From assembly GCA_004297735.1 (NCBI GenBank), contig SCTI01000002.1, positions 64,160 through 128,159 of the forward strand: DNA of 64,000 bases, in the 5' to 3' direction. Shown piece by piece: positions 36,201-50,036 of this stretch (position 1 is its first letter; each line of letters opens with the position of its first letter). Under the pieces are notes generated by a model. The model worked only from the letters and a program-made list of their open reading frames with translations, searched no databases and had not been told where the DNA came from. A program made the translations under genes and the position numbers. This DNA is from Patescibacteria group bacterium (GTDB taxonomy: Bacteria > Patescibacteriota > Saccharimonadia > UBA4664 > SCTI01).

Positions 36201-36713
36201 TTGAGCACGAATATGACTCAACTGATATTAATTTTAGATGATTTGCGCAGCACCGCTAACGTTGGCTCCATCCTTCGTAGTGCCGATAGCTTTGCGGTTG
36301 AGCTAGTCTATGCCTGCGGCTCTACTCCTTATCCACGGCTGGTTAAAGATGAGCGTGACCCGGTGGTTATCAATCGCAATAGCCGAGCAATTGCTCGAGC
36401 CGCGTTGGGCGCCGAACAGACCGTTAGGGTTGAACACATCGATAGCTCAATCGCCGCTATTGAGGCGTGTCGCCAAAATGGCTGGACAATAATTGGGCTC
36501 GAACAAGACGCAAATGCCACTCCAATGCACCAATTTAAGCCGCCTCAAAAAACTGCGCTGGTAGTGGGTGCGGAGGTCACCGGTTTGAGCCAAGCCACCA
36601 AAATGGCCTGCGACCAGCTAGTTGAGATCGCTCAATTCGGTAGTAAAGAGTCGCTCAACGTAGCGGTGGCTACCGGCATCGCCTTGTACCGGCTACGTTC
36701 AGAATCTGTCTGA
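36201..36713 (+). CDS. SpoU/TrmH family RNA 2'-O-methyltransferase
   Basis: 170 aa SPOUT fold motifs (LVVGAE..G.S, NVAVATGIALY). Confidence 0.75.
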   Translation: MSTNMTQLILILDDLRSTANVGSILRSADSFAVELVYACGSTPYPRLVKDERDPVVINRNSRAIARAALGAEQTVRVEHIDSSIAAIEACRQNGWTIIGLEQDANATPMHQFKPPQKTALVVGAEVTGLSQATKMACDQLVEIAQFGSKESLNVAVATGIALYRLRSESV

Positions 36714-37558
36714 GCCGCTAACATTAAACTATCGTGTTCACGTTCCATCCAAAAGGCGTTTGCACGGATAAACTGCTTTGCCATTGGTAGCGTATCGGCT
36801 ATGTGCTGAATATGCTGGGCGTAGACCTCCCGATTTGGGTTGCCTAGCTGCTGCTTAAGCATAATGGTGTAGCTCCGGTCCACCTCAACCAGCCGCTCAA
36901 GTAGCTGAGACAACTCAACCGGCGCTAGTTTACGGTAAGCCTTAATCACCCCAGCCTTCGAATCATCAACCAGCTCTACCCCCTTAAGGTCCAGCAAGCT
37001 ACGAACCGAGTTAACCGCTACCTCGAGACCCTTGGTTAGCACCTCAATATGACGCTTATCCTCCATATCAACCGAGGTGAGATCATCAATTGCTTTGCCG
37101 ACATAGCGCAGTTTAAAGCTAAGATACTCCGCCGCATCGCCATAGGCGTTATAAAAATCGGTTCGCAGCAGCGGCAAAAAGTTTTGCTTAATCAAGCCAC
37201 CCTGCTGCACCACATTGCTAAGATGCTGGTAGAAGCCATAGCTGATGGTATGAAATCGGGTTTGAGCAATGATGGTGTCAACTAAAATGACCGCCAGATC
37301 CAGGTGGCGGTCGGCGCAGCGCTGGCGGAGGCCGGCTATGGCCTGGCGAGCTGACGCCGTATCACGGTAGTATATGACCAGGTCGATGTCGCTTCTTAGG
37401 TTGTGCGTGCCATGAATGATTGAGCCGGCCACAATGGCTCCTATAATATCTTCGCAGCCTTCAACGGTCTGCCAAATGTCTTGTTTGCCGGCGCGAAAAT
37501 CGGCGTCTTGCGGCACCCGTTTTGCGACCACTTCGGAATAACGAAAAACTCGACCCAT
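36632..37558 (-). CDS. Nucleotidyltransferase-fold protein (GS-x9-DIDLV motif) with helical C-terminal domain
   Basis: AIVAGSIIHGTHNLRSDIDLVIYY minimal NTase signature; 3' end overlaps the convergent SpoU gene by about 80 nt. Confidence 0.6.
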   Translation of the reverse strand: MGRVFRYSEVVAKRVPQDADFRAGKQDIWQTVEGCEDIIGAIVAGSIIHGTHNLRSDIDLVIYYRDTASARQAIAGLRQRCADRHLDLAVILVDTIIAQTRFHTISYGFYQHLSNVVQQGGLIKQNFLPLLRTDFYNAYGDAAEYLSFKLRYVGKAIDDLTSVDMEDKRHIEVLTKGLEVAVNSVRSLLDLKGVELVDDSKAGVIKAYRKLAPVELSQLLERLVEVDRSYTIMLKQQLGNPNREVYAQHIQHIADTLPMAKQFIRANAFWMEREHDSLMLAAQTDSERSRYKAMPVATATLSDSLLPN

Positions 37559-37710
37559 AACCGGTAACTCCCCTTACGCTTATTATTATAGGCACGTTAA
37601 TTCCGCTTACGCTAGTCAAAAATGTTTACCTGGGAAAAGAATTGATAATTACTAATTGAGGTGCCGCGCCTGGTTGGCGCAGCACCTCTAAAGCCGATCA
37701 GCGGTGGCGA

Positions 37711-38058
37711 CTACTGGATCCTGGTAACCGTTCCGTCGCGGTTGAGTCGCCAGTACAGCCGAGAGCGACCGCGCGTTTTGGCGACAACACTCCCGGCCGC
37801 GACGATCTCGCCGGCGAACTCTCCGGTGGCGCCGGCTGCCGACACGTACTGAGTGGTGCCACTGCCAGGAAGGCCGCGCCCAACGACTTGCTTGGCCCGA
37901 CTGGTCAGCTGGTTCGGGTCGACTCCCTCCCTGCAGAGCACCCGTCGGCAGACGCCAACGCGGTTGACGGCTGATCTGCCGGGGCGGTCCTGCCTCCTTG
38001 CAGCGCTACTTCGAGCGGCCCCGCCTTCGAGCAGCTCGTCGCGCAACTGGCTGTTCAT
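37711..38058 (-). CDS. Small hypothetical protein (115 aa) in a 65% GC islet
   Basis: GGAGAG RBS before ATG; GC3-rich. Confidence 0.45.
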   Translation of the reverse strand: MNSQLRDELLEGGAARSSAARRQDRPGRSAVNRVGVCRRVLCREGVDPNQLTSRAKQVVGRGLPGSGTTQYVSAAGATGEFAGEIVAAGSVVAKTRGRSRLYWRLNRDGTVTRIQ

Positions 38059-38221
38059 GAACTCTCCTTCTGGTTGCAAAACCGGTGGATACTCTTTTAT
38101 ACCTTGCAATCGAGTATAAGCACAAGCTTTATTTAATACAAACTCACCTTGACACCAGATCGTAACAGATGTAGCTTAGAGGCAAGCATAAGCATTAATT
38201 CACGACGTTAGGGTCGCGTTC

Positions 38222-40102
38222 ATGCCAAAAACCAAAACCAACCATCATCCCGACCATCCCGTCTCCGAGGTTTACTTTCCGCTCAAGCCACGAATGAAGC
38301 TGGGTCGTCGAACCGCTAGCTGGCTAATGGCCACCTTTGCCCTGGTCGGAGTGGTGACAATTTGGACCAGCGCCGCGGCCACTAAGCCCCTGGTAACGCT
38401 ACAGGCCGAACAAATGAAGCCGGACCGCTCGTCGGTATTCGCCTTTTACGATCAAAGGGCGGTCGGCAAGGCCGCTACGGTGATGTTTGGTAACTCAACC
38501 ATTACCACCACCAACGTCCAGCTAAGCCAGGAGGCGCAGGAGGTCACAATCCGGGCACGTAGCCAGCGGTGTTTGGGTTCGCCGCAGCTACAGCTCAAAG
38601 TTGATAACAAGGCGGTCGGTATGGCAACGGTATCGGCCAGCGGCTATAGCGAGTACCGCATTGCCACCAAGATTCCAGCCGGAACCCACACCATTGGTGC
38701 GAGCTTCATTAATGATTACTACAACTGGGGGCGTCACTGTGATCGCAATTTGATTATCGATCAAATAGAGATTCGTGGTGCTTCGCTGGTTAGCTCAATC
38801 CCTACCCCGCCGGTAATTATTGCGCCCCACGATACCGATAAGGATGGTGTGGCCGATACCACCGACGGCTGCGATACTCAACCGGGTCCGGCCACCAATC
38901 AGGGTTGCCCATTACAGCAAACCGGTGTCCAAGCTAAGACCGCCGGGAGCTTTATTGATAGCATTGGCGTTAACACCCATATCGGGTATGGCTCCTACCC
39001 TTACAACGACATTCAAAAGGTTAAGGATGGTCTGCAAAAGCTCGGCATTCGCAACGTGCGTGATGGCGACTATCTCAACAATCCAACCGGACAGGCTCGG
39101 CTAAAGACCCTATTTGATGCCGGTATTAAAACCGACCTATTGACCAACAGTGACGATCTGGTGGCTACACTCAATAATATTAAAAGCTACCCCCAAGGCA
39201 AGGTAGCTGCTCTTGAAGGCATTAACGAGCCGGACTGCTTCTTGAAGGATAAGCGTAGCGATTGGGTTGAGTTTACCCGTAACTACCAAAAAGACTTTTG
39301 GAATCGAGTTAAGAACGATGCTACCTTGCAAAATGCCGATATCCTCAGCCCCGCCTACTGTCGCGCCGAGACCGCCGCTACAGTTGGCGACCTGAGTCCC
39401 TACTTTGAATATAGCGCCATTCATCCCTACCCTGGCGGCTGGGCGCCAGAAAAAGCCATTGCCGACCAGCTTAAGCTATCGGCCTCGGCTAGCGGCGGCA
39501 AGCCGTTCTACGCCACCGAAACCGGCTACCATAATGCAATCTATACTCAGTCGGGGCACAACCCCGCCACCCAGAGGGCCAGTGGTATCTACATGCCTCG
39601 CCTATTCCTGAGCTACTATCTGGCCGGGATTAAGCGCACCTACAGCTATGAGCTGGTCGACCAGCGCCCTGCCAACACCTGGAATTTGATCTTTGACCAC
39701 GAAGGCAACTTTGGAATGCTCAACTATAACTTTAGTGAGAAGCCGGCTGGAGCTGCAATTCGCCGACTGACCACCCTGCTGGGTGATACCAACACCAACT
39801 TCCAGCCCGGCAAGCTCGACTACAGTGTTAGCGGCGACACCTCCAACCTGCAACAGCTGCTGGTGCAGCGTCCTAATGGTACCTTCTACCTGGTGCTGTG
39901 GCGTACCGATAGCGTTTGGGATGTACCAACCCGACGCGACCTCCCGATTGTTAACAAACCCTTAACCGTTAAGGTTGGTAATGAGGCTCGCAACGTTAAG
40001 GTTTATAACATCAACACCGGCGATGCTCCAACCATCACAGCCAAGGTGGCACAGCTCCAACTCAACCTCGGCCCCGAGGTACAGATACTCGAAATACAAT
40101 AA
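38222..40102 (+). CDS. Secreted multidomain glycoside hydrolase (GH-A clan, GINEPD acid/base and ATETGY nucleophile motifs) with N-terminal carbohydrate-binding-like domain and thrombospondin-type-3-like Ca-binding motif
   Basis: 626 aa; N-terminal TM/signal; DKDGVADTTDGCD motif; NEP and TE catalytic motifs. Confidence 0.65.
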   Translation: MPKTKTNHHPDHPVSEVYFPLKPRMKLGRRTASWLMATFALVGVVTIWTSAAATKPLVTLQAEQMKPDRSSVFAFYDQRAVGKAATVMFGNSTITTTNVQLSQEAQEVTIRARSQRCLGSPQLQLKVDNKAVGMATVSASGYSEYRIATKIPAGTHTIGASFINDYYNWGRHCDRNLIIDQIEIRGASLVSSIPTPPVIIAPHDTDKDGVADTTDGCDTQPGPATNQGCPLQQTGVQAKTAGSFIDSIGVNTHIGYGSYPYNDIQKVKDGLQKLGIRNVRDGDYLNNPTGQARLKTLFDAGIKTDLLTNSDDLVATLNNIKSYPQGKVAALEGINEPDCFLKDKRSDWVEFTRNYQKDFWNRVKNDATLQNADILSPAYCRAETAATVGDLSPYFEYSAIHPYPGGWAPEKAIADQLKLSASASGGKPFYATETGYHNAIYTQSGHNPATQRASGIYMPRLFLSYYLAGIKRTYSYELVDQRPANTWNLIFDHEGNFGMLNYNFSEKPAGAAIRRLTTLLGDTNTNFQPGKLDYSVSGDTSNLQQLLVQRPNGTFYLVLWRTDSVWDVPTRRDLPIVNKPLTVKVGNEARNVKVYNINTGDAPTITAKVAQLQLNLGPEVQILEIQ

Positions 40103-40125
40103 TAAAAAGCCTAAATCGGCACACA

Positions 40126-40154
40126 AAAAGAGCTCGCATAAACGAGCTCTTTTT
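40126..40154. terminator. Bidirectional terminator AAAAAGAGCTCGCATAAACGAGCTCTTTTT
   Basis: Perfect stem plus A and T runs between the GH gene and 5S rRNA. Confidence 0.85.
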
Positions 40155-40158
40155 GAAA

Positions 40159-40272
40159 ATCCGGCACCGACCTACTTTCCCCATAAAGAGTATCATCGGC
40201 GCTGAGGAGCTTAACTTCGGTGTTCGGGATGGGAACCGGTGTGGCCTCCTCGCTAAAAGCACCGGGCTACCA
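40159..40272 (-). rRNA. rrf: 5S ribosomal RNA
   Basis: Reverse complement matches the bacterial 5S core (..CACACCGGTTCCCATCCCGAACACCGAAGTTAAGC..GCGCCGATGATAC..). Confidence 0.9.
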
Positions 40273-40289
40273 GCTAAACACGTGGTTTA

Positions 40290-43550
<3,261 letters not shown>

Positions 43551-43960
43551 TTACGATTCGTTTGACGAGCGATGTATGGTTACAAATTCATGTTTCCACC
43601 CATCACTCATTGGTTGGTATTGCATCTGTTTATGATCGTAAAAATTCATAAACAGTACCCAAAACAATTACATGGGAAGTAATTGTTTCGTCTTAAAATT
43701 CATTTAATTTTCAAAAAACAACTCCGCGGTTTGTACCTCGCGGAGCCCACATTCAAACAGACAAATTTACCTAGCCCGAGAACGTGCCTCCGTTAGTGCT
43801 GGTTAATTGTCTACTCATATATGAGCTCCAATAGTCGAAATTAAGAGTACCAAAATAACCAGGTGGTGTAAAGAGGTTAATTGTGACAAAAATAACAACG
43901 CCCCTCGCAGGTATTTACAACACTACGAGTGACGCTGAAATGTCGGGATAAATTAAGCGA

Positions 43961-44290
43961 CTAAGCGGCGTCGCGCTGTTCAGCGGCAGGCTGTTCGGGC
44001 GAGGCTTGAGCGGCCTTAGCGGCGGCAGCAGCTTCAACTCGAGCCCGTGCCTCCTCGAGGTTAGCTGGAGCTGAGGCAGTCTCGGCAGCTACCTGCGTAA
44101 GAGCCTCATCGCGTTCGATGGTGCGCAAAGTTTCATTTGTGCTATCCATTACACGACGACCTTCTAGCTTGGCCTCCGCCAACTCACCGTTTGCCTCCTT
44201 AAGGGCATCACGATGAAACAGATTCCCAATTCGATTGAGGAATCCACCTTTTTCTTGCTCTTGCGGGGCTGGATTTTCTGGTCCTGGCAT
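43961..44290 (-). CDS. Hypothetical helical Ala/Glu-rich protein (109 aa)
   Basis: ORF followed by the bidirectional terminator at 44354-44377. Confidence 0.45.
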   Translation of the reverse strand: MPGPENPAPQEQEKGGFLNRIGNLFHRDALKEANGELAEAKLEGRRVMDSTNETLRTIERDEALTQVAAETASAPANLEEARARVEAAAAAKAAQASPEQPAAEQRDAA

Positions 44291-44353
44291 GTTTTTGTTT
44301 TTCCTTAATGGTAACCCTATTATACCTGATGAAAGCGCTTATGTAAATACAAC

Positions 44354-44377
44354 AAAGCCGCCGGTTAGGGCGGCTTT
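44354..44377. terminator. Bidirectional terminator AAAGCCGCCGGTTAGGGCGGCTTT
   Basis: Read directly. Confidence 0.8.
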
Positions 44378-44397
44378 GTTTGAGCGTTAGACGCTAC

Positions 44398-44607
44398 TTA
44401 AGCGGCTGGTGCTTCGCCTTCTGCTGGTGCAGGTTCAGCGGGTGCCTCAGGCGCAGAAGCTGGCTCTTCAACCGGGGCTTCCGGAGCTGGAGCGGGTGCT
44501 TCTGGCGCAGGAGCAGCCTCAGGAGCATCTACTACTGGCTCAGCAGCTGGCGCATCGGTGACCGGTACGTCGGTTGCTGGTACGGCTGGAGTGTTTTCTT
44601 CTTGCAT
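44398..44607 (-). CDS. Possible small acidic Pro/Ala/Glu-repeat protein (69 aa)
   Basis: ATG with AGGAA upstream; low-complexity in GC-rich DNA, so it could be spurious. Confidence 0.3.
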   Translation of the reverse strand: MQEENTPAVPATDVPVTDAPAAEPVVDAPEAAPAPEAPAPAPEAPVEEPASAPEAPAEPAPAEGEAPAA

Positions 44608-44781
44608 ACTACCTGATTCCTATTTAGGTTTTGTTTGGTACCTCTCTATTATTTCACGTCACCCAGCATAAGCACAATAGTGAGTTGGTTTGAATGATTA
44701 CGCTTATGCATGCATATAGCTGTTATGCATAGTATTATTACCCGGTACGCCGTGTACGTCCCTACCCAAGGAGAGTCCACT

Positions 44782-45117
44782 GTGACCACCGCCACCGCAC
44801 CGATCATCTCGGTTACACCGGGTCGTTCACTGGCCCAGCGCATGGACGCGCTGCAGAAGGCCAACGAGATCCGTACTCGTCGTGCTCAGCTCAAGCGCGA
44901 CCTCAAGGCCGGCCGAGCGTCGATCCGTGAGATCCTGCTGAACCCGCCGGTGTGGCTCGAGACCGCCAAGGTCTTCGACATGCTGCTGGCGACGCCGAAG
45001 TACGGCCGGGTCAAGGTCAACAAGATCCTGGCCCAGTGCCGCATCTCCCCCAGCAAGACGATGGGCGGTCTGTCGGAGCGCCAGCGCAGCGAGCTGGCCT
45101 CCCTACTCCGCCAGTAG
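44782..45117 (+). CDS. Actinobacterial-type integration host factor (mIHF/sIHF family), paralog 1 (GTG start, AAGGAGAG RBS)
   Basis: 111 aa; aligns along its length with mycobacterial mIHF (..QRxxALxKAxxxRxxRAxLKxxLKxG..G.VKVxxxL..I.P.....GLxxRQRxxL..). Confidence 0.8.
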   Translation: MTTATAPIISVTPGRSLAQRMDALQKANEIRTRRAQLKRDLKAGRASIREILLNPPVWLETAKVFDMLLATPKYGRVKVNKILAQCRISPSKTMGGLSERQRSELASLLRQ

Positions 45118-45132
45118 CGGCACGCTGCCCCA

Positions 45133-45172
45133 CGCGCGGGTTCCCTCACCGGAACTCGCGCGTTTCGCTTTT
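45133..45172 (+). terminator. Intrinsic terminator (CGCGCGGGTTCC..GGAACTCGCGCG plus TTTCGCTTTT)
   Basis: Hairpin with one mismatch plus U-run after mIHF paralog 1. Confidence 0.7.
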
Positions 45173-45256
45173 AAAAGTCCTTATGCTTGAGCCGGCTTAT
45201 GGTTACTGATACTCTGCCCAGGTAGGTGTGAACATATCCATTTAGGGGGTGCTGCC

Positions 45257-45685
45257 GTGACGACGGCAACCATTACTCTGCCGCCCAGGAAGGGTGAGCA
45301 ACCGCAGCACTTGGCCGCTCTTGAGCGCGCCAACGAAGTTCGACTGGCCCGAGCCGAGCTCAAGCGCAGGATCGGCACTGGCGAGACCAACGTCAGCAGA
45401 ATTGTGCTGTCGACCCCTCCAGAAGCAGCCGGCATGACCGTGGCTGATCTGCTGATGGCGCAAAAGCGCTGGGGTCGAACTCGCACGCGCAAGTTCCTGC
45501 TCGGGATTCCGATCACCGAAACCAAGACGGTTGGGAGCCTGACCGAACGGCAGCGCAACGCCATCGCCAAGGCCCTGGAGGCTCCCACCGAGGCCTCAAC
45601 GACCACTCCGAGCCGCGAAGAGCGCATCGAGGCTTTCGCCGCTCAGATGCAGCGCTCGGGCGAGCCCGGTCGAACGGCTAGCTAA
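45257..45685 (+). CDS. Actinobacterial-type integration host factor (mIHF/sIHF family), paralog 2 (GTG start) with extended C-terminus
   Basis: 142 aa; same VTTAT N-terminus and mIHF core as paralog 1. Confidence 0.78.
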   Translation: MTTATITLPPRKGEQPQHLAALERANEVRLARAELKRRIGTGETNVSRIVLSTPPEAAGMTVADLLMAQKRWGRTRTRKFLLGIPITETKTVGSLTERQRNAIAKALEAPTEASTTTPSREERIEAFAAQMQRSGEPGRTAS

Positions 45686-45826
45686 TCGACCAGGCCGCCT
45701 GCACACCAACGGGGCCTCATCTCACACCGGAGATGGGGCCCAAATCGACTCTACCAAGATTACGTCCTTATAAAGCCATCATATGGTTGCCAGCAGCGCC
45801 ATTTTCTGCTTAAATACTTTCGTTGT

Positions 45827-45903
45827 GGGCTTGTAGCTCAGCTGGTTAGAGCGCGTCACTGATAATGACGAGGTCGCAGGTTCGAGTCCTGCCAAGCCCA
45901 CCA
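45827..45903 (+). tRNA. tRNA-Ile (anticodon GAT)
   Basis: Cloverleaf with 7 bp acceptor stem, GGTTCGAGTCC T-arm, CTGATAA anticodon loop, CCA end; TTGCCA-17-TTAAAT promoter upstream. Confidence 0.92.
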
Positions 45904-45924
45904 TTTTTGTATCTATCCCCACTT

Positions 45925-46001
45925 GGGGCATTAGCTCAGCTGGCTAGAGCACCTGCTTTGCAAGCAGGGGGTCATCGGTTCGAATCCGATATGCTCCACC
46001 A
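45925..46001 (+). tRNA. tRNA-Ala (anticodon TGC) with G3:U70 identity pair
   Basis: Cloverleaf, CTTTGCAA anticodon loop, GGTTCGAATCC T-arm, CCA end. Confidence 0.92.
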
Positions 46002-46107
46002 TTCATTATTTAAATGCTTAAGCTCTTGCTATCTTAAGCGTTTTATGTTATTATAGTGCAACTTGTTGGGGTATACGAATCCCTAACCTGAGCACACTGG
46101 AGACCCG

Positions 46108-46893
46108 ATGGTTCCTCCGTTCGTCACCAAGCTGTTCCGCAATCCGTGGCCGGAGACGGTCCCGAACGGGACCCTGATCCGCATCTTCGCCGATGCGGTC
46201 GAGCAGACCTACAGCAGCCTCGTGCCGAAGTGGCAGGAGAGCGGCGAGCTGGATCCCGAGAAGGACTCCTTCGCCGGGGTCATCCTCGATCCGACCAACC
46301 CGCGTGAGGCGACGACCATCGCCGAGCGCGTCATGATCGTGTTCGGCTGGGGGCCGGATATGGCCGACTTCGTCCCCAATGGGATGTCCAAGGCGGACTC
46401 CCAGGAGCGCTTCGGCATCCCCAACGGATGGCTGATCGAGAACGCCAGCTACTGCATCGCCGACGGCGAGTTCACATGGGGTCACTCCGCTGGCGTCGAC
46501 TACCTCATCGAGGGCATCGACGAGACCACCGTCATCTTCGACGGTGGCGGCAGCGGCTACTCCGCCGAGCAGGACAAGAAGGTCGTACAGGAAGTCGGCG
46601 AGCTGGGCCTCCTGAAGATCAAGGAGATCCGCGACGCCTGGCTGGCCGCCCGGCGTGCCGAGGAGGCCGGCCGTCGCTGGTACAACAACAGCGACACGCC
46701 CGACCCGAAGTACGCGCAGATCCTGACCATGCCGGTCATCGCGGCCATTGGCCCTGAGGAGCTGCGCGGCGGCCCCACCCCGGACTGGATGAAGTCGGCG
46801 GGCGCTGTCGTCAAGCCGACCATGGAACCGGGCATCTCCGCGTTCGGTTCGCCGACCATGGCGCCGGGCATCGCACCCAGCGGCCACTCGTAG
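46108..46893 (+). CDS. Hypothetical soluble protein (261 aa) with extreme GC3 (about 90%)
   Basis: Nearly every codon ends in G/C, contrasting with backbone genes; followed by two tandem hairpin terminators (46900-46960). Confidence 0.6.
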   Translation: MVPPFVTKLFRNPWPETVPNGTLIRIFADAVEQTYSSLVPKWQESGELDPEKDSFAGVILDPTNPREATTIAERVMIVFGWGPDMADFVPNGMSKADSQERFGIPNGWLIENASYCIADGEFTWGHSAGVDYLIEGIDETTVIFDGGGSGYSAEQDKKVVQEVGELGLLKIKEIRDAWLAARRAEEAGRRWYNNSDTPDPKYAQILTMPVIAAIGPEELRGGPTPDWMKSAGAVVKPTMEPGISAFGSPTMAPGIAPSGHS

Positions 46894-47007
46894 GCCCCAG
46901 GCCTACAACGCCCTCGAAGAGGGTTTTCACAGCACTACGTTGTGGAAGCCCCTTCGGGGGCCTTTCACTTTCTTATCCCTATTACCATAAGCTGTTATAC
47001 TGCAACC

Positions 47008-47289
47008 ATGGAACTGTTTAATCAAATCCTATTCGGTGGGCTAGCTATGGCTGCCGGCGTGGCGATGGTTAAGTACAGCTTTTGGCTAACCAATCAAACC
47101 GGTAGCATCGGCACCGTTGAGCGCTACATGGGTGCCGGCTCAACCTATACCTTTTATAAAATACTGGGAATTATCGTAATTATCGGTGGCCTGTTTTACA
47201 TGACCGGCATGCTCACCCCAATTATGGAGTGGCTATTCGCTCCGCTAGCTCCAATATTTGCGCCGTTTAGGGGCCAAAACGGCTCGTAA
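47008..47289 (+). CDS. Small hypothetical membrane protein (93 aa); leaderless (TATACT 6 nt upstream of ATG)
   Basis: Three hydrophobic helices; same GTTATACTnnAACCATG context as the ROK gene. Confidence 0.5.
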   Translation: MELFNQILFGGLAMAAGVAMVKYSFWLTNQTGSIGTVERYMGAGSTYTFYKILGIIVIIGGLFYMTGMLTPIMEWLFAPLAPIFAPFRGQNGS

Positions 47290-47298
47290 AGCCGTCTC

Positions 47299-47715
47299 CT
47301 ACCGGCGGCGATGGTGCCGTAATTTAACCGCATGCAGCCTGGCCAGGTTGCGCTCAACCAAGTGATGAGTGGCGCGAATATCCGACTCTTCTTTATGAGT
47401 CTCTAAGGCAGCCTTGGCCTCGGCCAACGCCTGATGCGCCCGGTGTTCATCAATGCTATCGACGTGCTCAGCGGTTTCGGCACTAACCTCAACCGTGTCG
47501 CCGTCAACCCGCAACAGCCCGCCGCCGACGGCAAAATGATCATGCTCATCAGAGTCTTTACGGGCAGTAACATGAACCACCCCCGGGCGCAGCGAAATCA
47601 CCAAGCTGGTGTGGCCCGGCATGATCGAAACATCGCCCTCAACCGTAGGCACAACCAACTCATACACCTCGCTATCGAGCAAAACTCCTTCGGGTGAAAT
47701 CAAGCGGGCTAGCAC
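47299..47715 (-). CDS. atpC: ATP synthase F1 epsilon subunit
   Basis: 138 aa; last gene of the operon. Confidence 0.85.
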   Translation of the reverse strand: MLARLISPEGVLLDSEVYELVVPTVEGDVSIMPGHTSLVISLRPGVVHVTARKDSDEHDHFAVGGGLLRVDGDTVEVSAETAEHVDSIDEHRAHQALAEAKAALETHKEESDIRATHHLVERNLARLHAVKLRHHRRR

Positions 47716-47718
47716 GCC

Positions 47719-49140
<1,422 letters not shown>

Positions 49141-50034
49141 CTATGCGTCGGTTAAGGCGGCCACTCCACCACTAATCTCGGCCAGCTCTTGGGTAATGGC
49201 GGCTTGGCGGGCGGTGTTGTAGGCCAGGGTTAGTTCATCAATAAGCTCGCTGGCGTTGTCGGTAGCGTTTTGCATTGCCAGCATACGCATGGCATGCTCA
49301 CTGGCCACCGCGTTGGTAGCAGCATCAAGCAGGGCGGCCTGTGCCCAACCGGTAGCGACCGAGGTAATCGCCTCTTCGGCGGTTGGCTCAAGGGTGAGCG
49401 AGCCGGAGTCACCAGGTTTCGATTCAACGCCGTCGGTTCCGGAGTCGGCGGTCAGGGGTAACAACTCGGTGGTAGCCACCTGTTGATTGAGCGACGAGAT
49501 AAACCGCGTAGTTAGTACCATAACCGAGCTGATCTCGCCCAGACGGTAACGGTCTAGCAGACTGGCGGCCATCCCTCGGACCGCTCGCATATCTGGACTA
49601 ACGGTTAAACCGGGATACAGGCTAATCGCCTCAACCTGTTTAAGGCGATTGGTCATCTGCTCGACCTGCTGCCCAATCGCGGCCACCTCAACCTTGGTGC
49701 CCGCCAGGGTGTACTGGCGCACCAACTGGCGCAATCCGGATTCAATGCGACTTAAATAGGCGCCGGCCAGACCACGATCGCTAGCAAACACCACAATCAG
49801 CGCCGGAGCCTGCGGGTTGGGCGCCTGTGCCAACGGGTGTAAGCGCCAGTCATCGGTGGTGGCGGCTTCGGCCAAGACCCGGTTGAGCTGTTGGCGATAA
49901 ACGGTAGCCGACTGAGCCGCATTGGCAGCCGCTCGCAGCTTGCTGGCCGCCACCAACTGCATCGCTTTGGTGATCTGGCGAGTGCTGGTCACTGAGCGAA
50001 TCCGGCGCTTAATGGCAGTGGTTCCGGCAGCCAT
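49141..50034 (-). CDS. atpG: ATP synthase F1 gamma subunit (start at MAAGTTAIKRRI..)
   Basis: ITKAMQLVAASKLR N-terminal helix. Confidence 0.88.
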   Translation of the reverse strand: MAAGTTAIKRRIRSVTSTRQITKAMQLVAASKLRAAANAAQSATVYRQQLNRVLAEAATTDDWRLHPLAQAPNPQAPALIVVFASDRGLAGAYLSRIESGLRQLVRQYTLAGTKVEVAAIGQQVEQMTNRLKQVEAISLYPGLTVSPDMRAVRGMAASLLDRYRLGEISSVMVLTTRFISSLNQQVATTELLPLTADSGTDGVESKPGDSGSLTLEPTAEEAITSVATGWAQAALLDAATNAVASEHAMRMLAMQNATDNASELIDELTLAYNTARQAAITQELAEISGGVAALTDA

Positions 50035-50036
50035 TA

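Noticed and set aside
44398-44607. PAPE-repeat 69 aa ORF as a definite gene
   Set aside because: Kept only at low confidence: low-complexity translation in GC-rich DNA, so possibly spurious despite start codon and terminator
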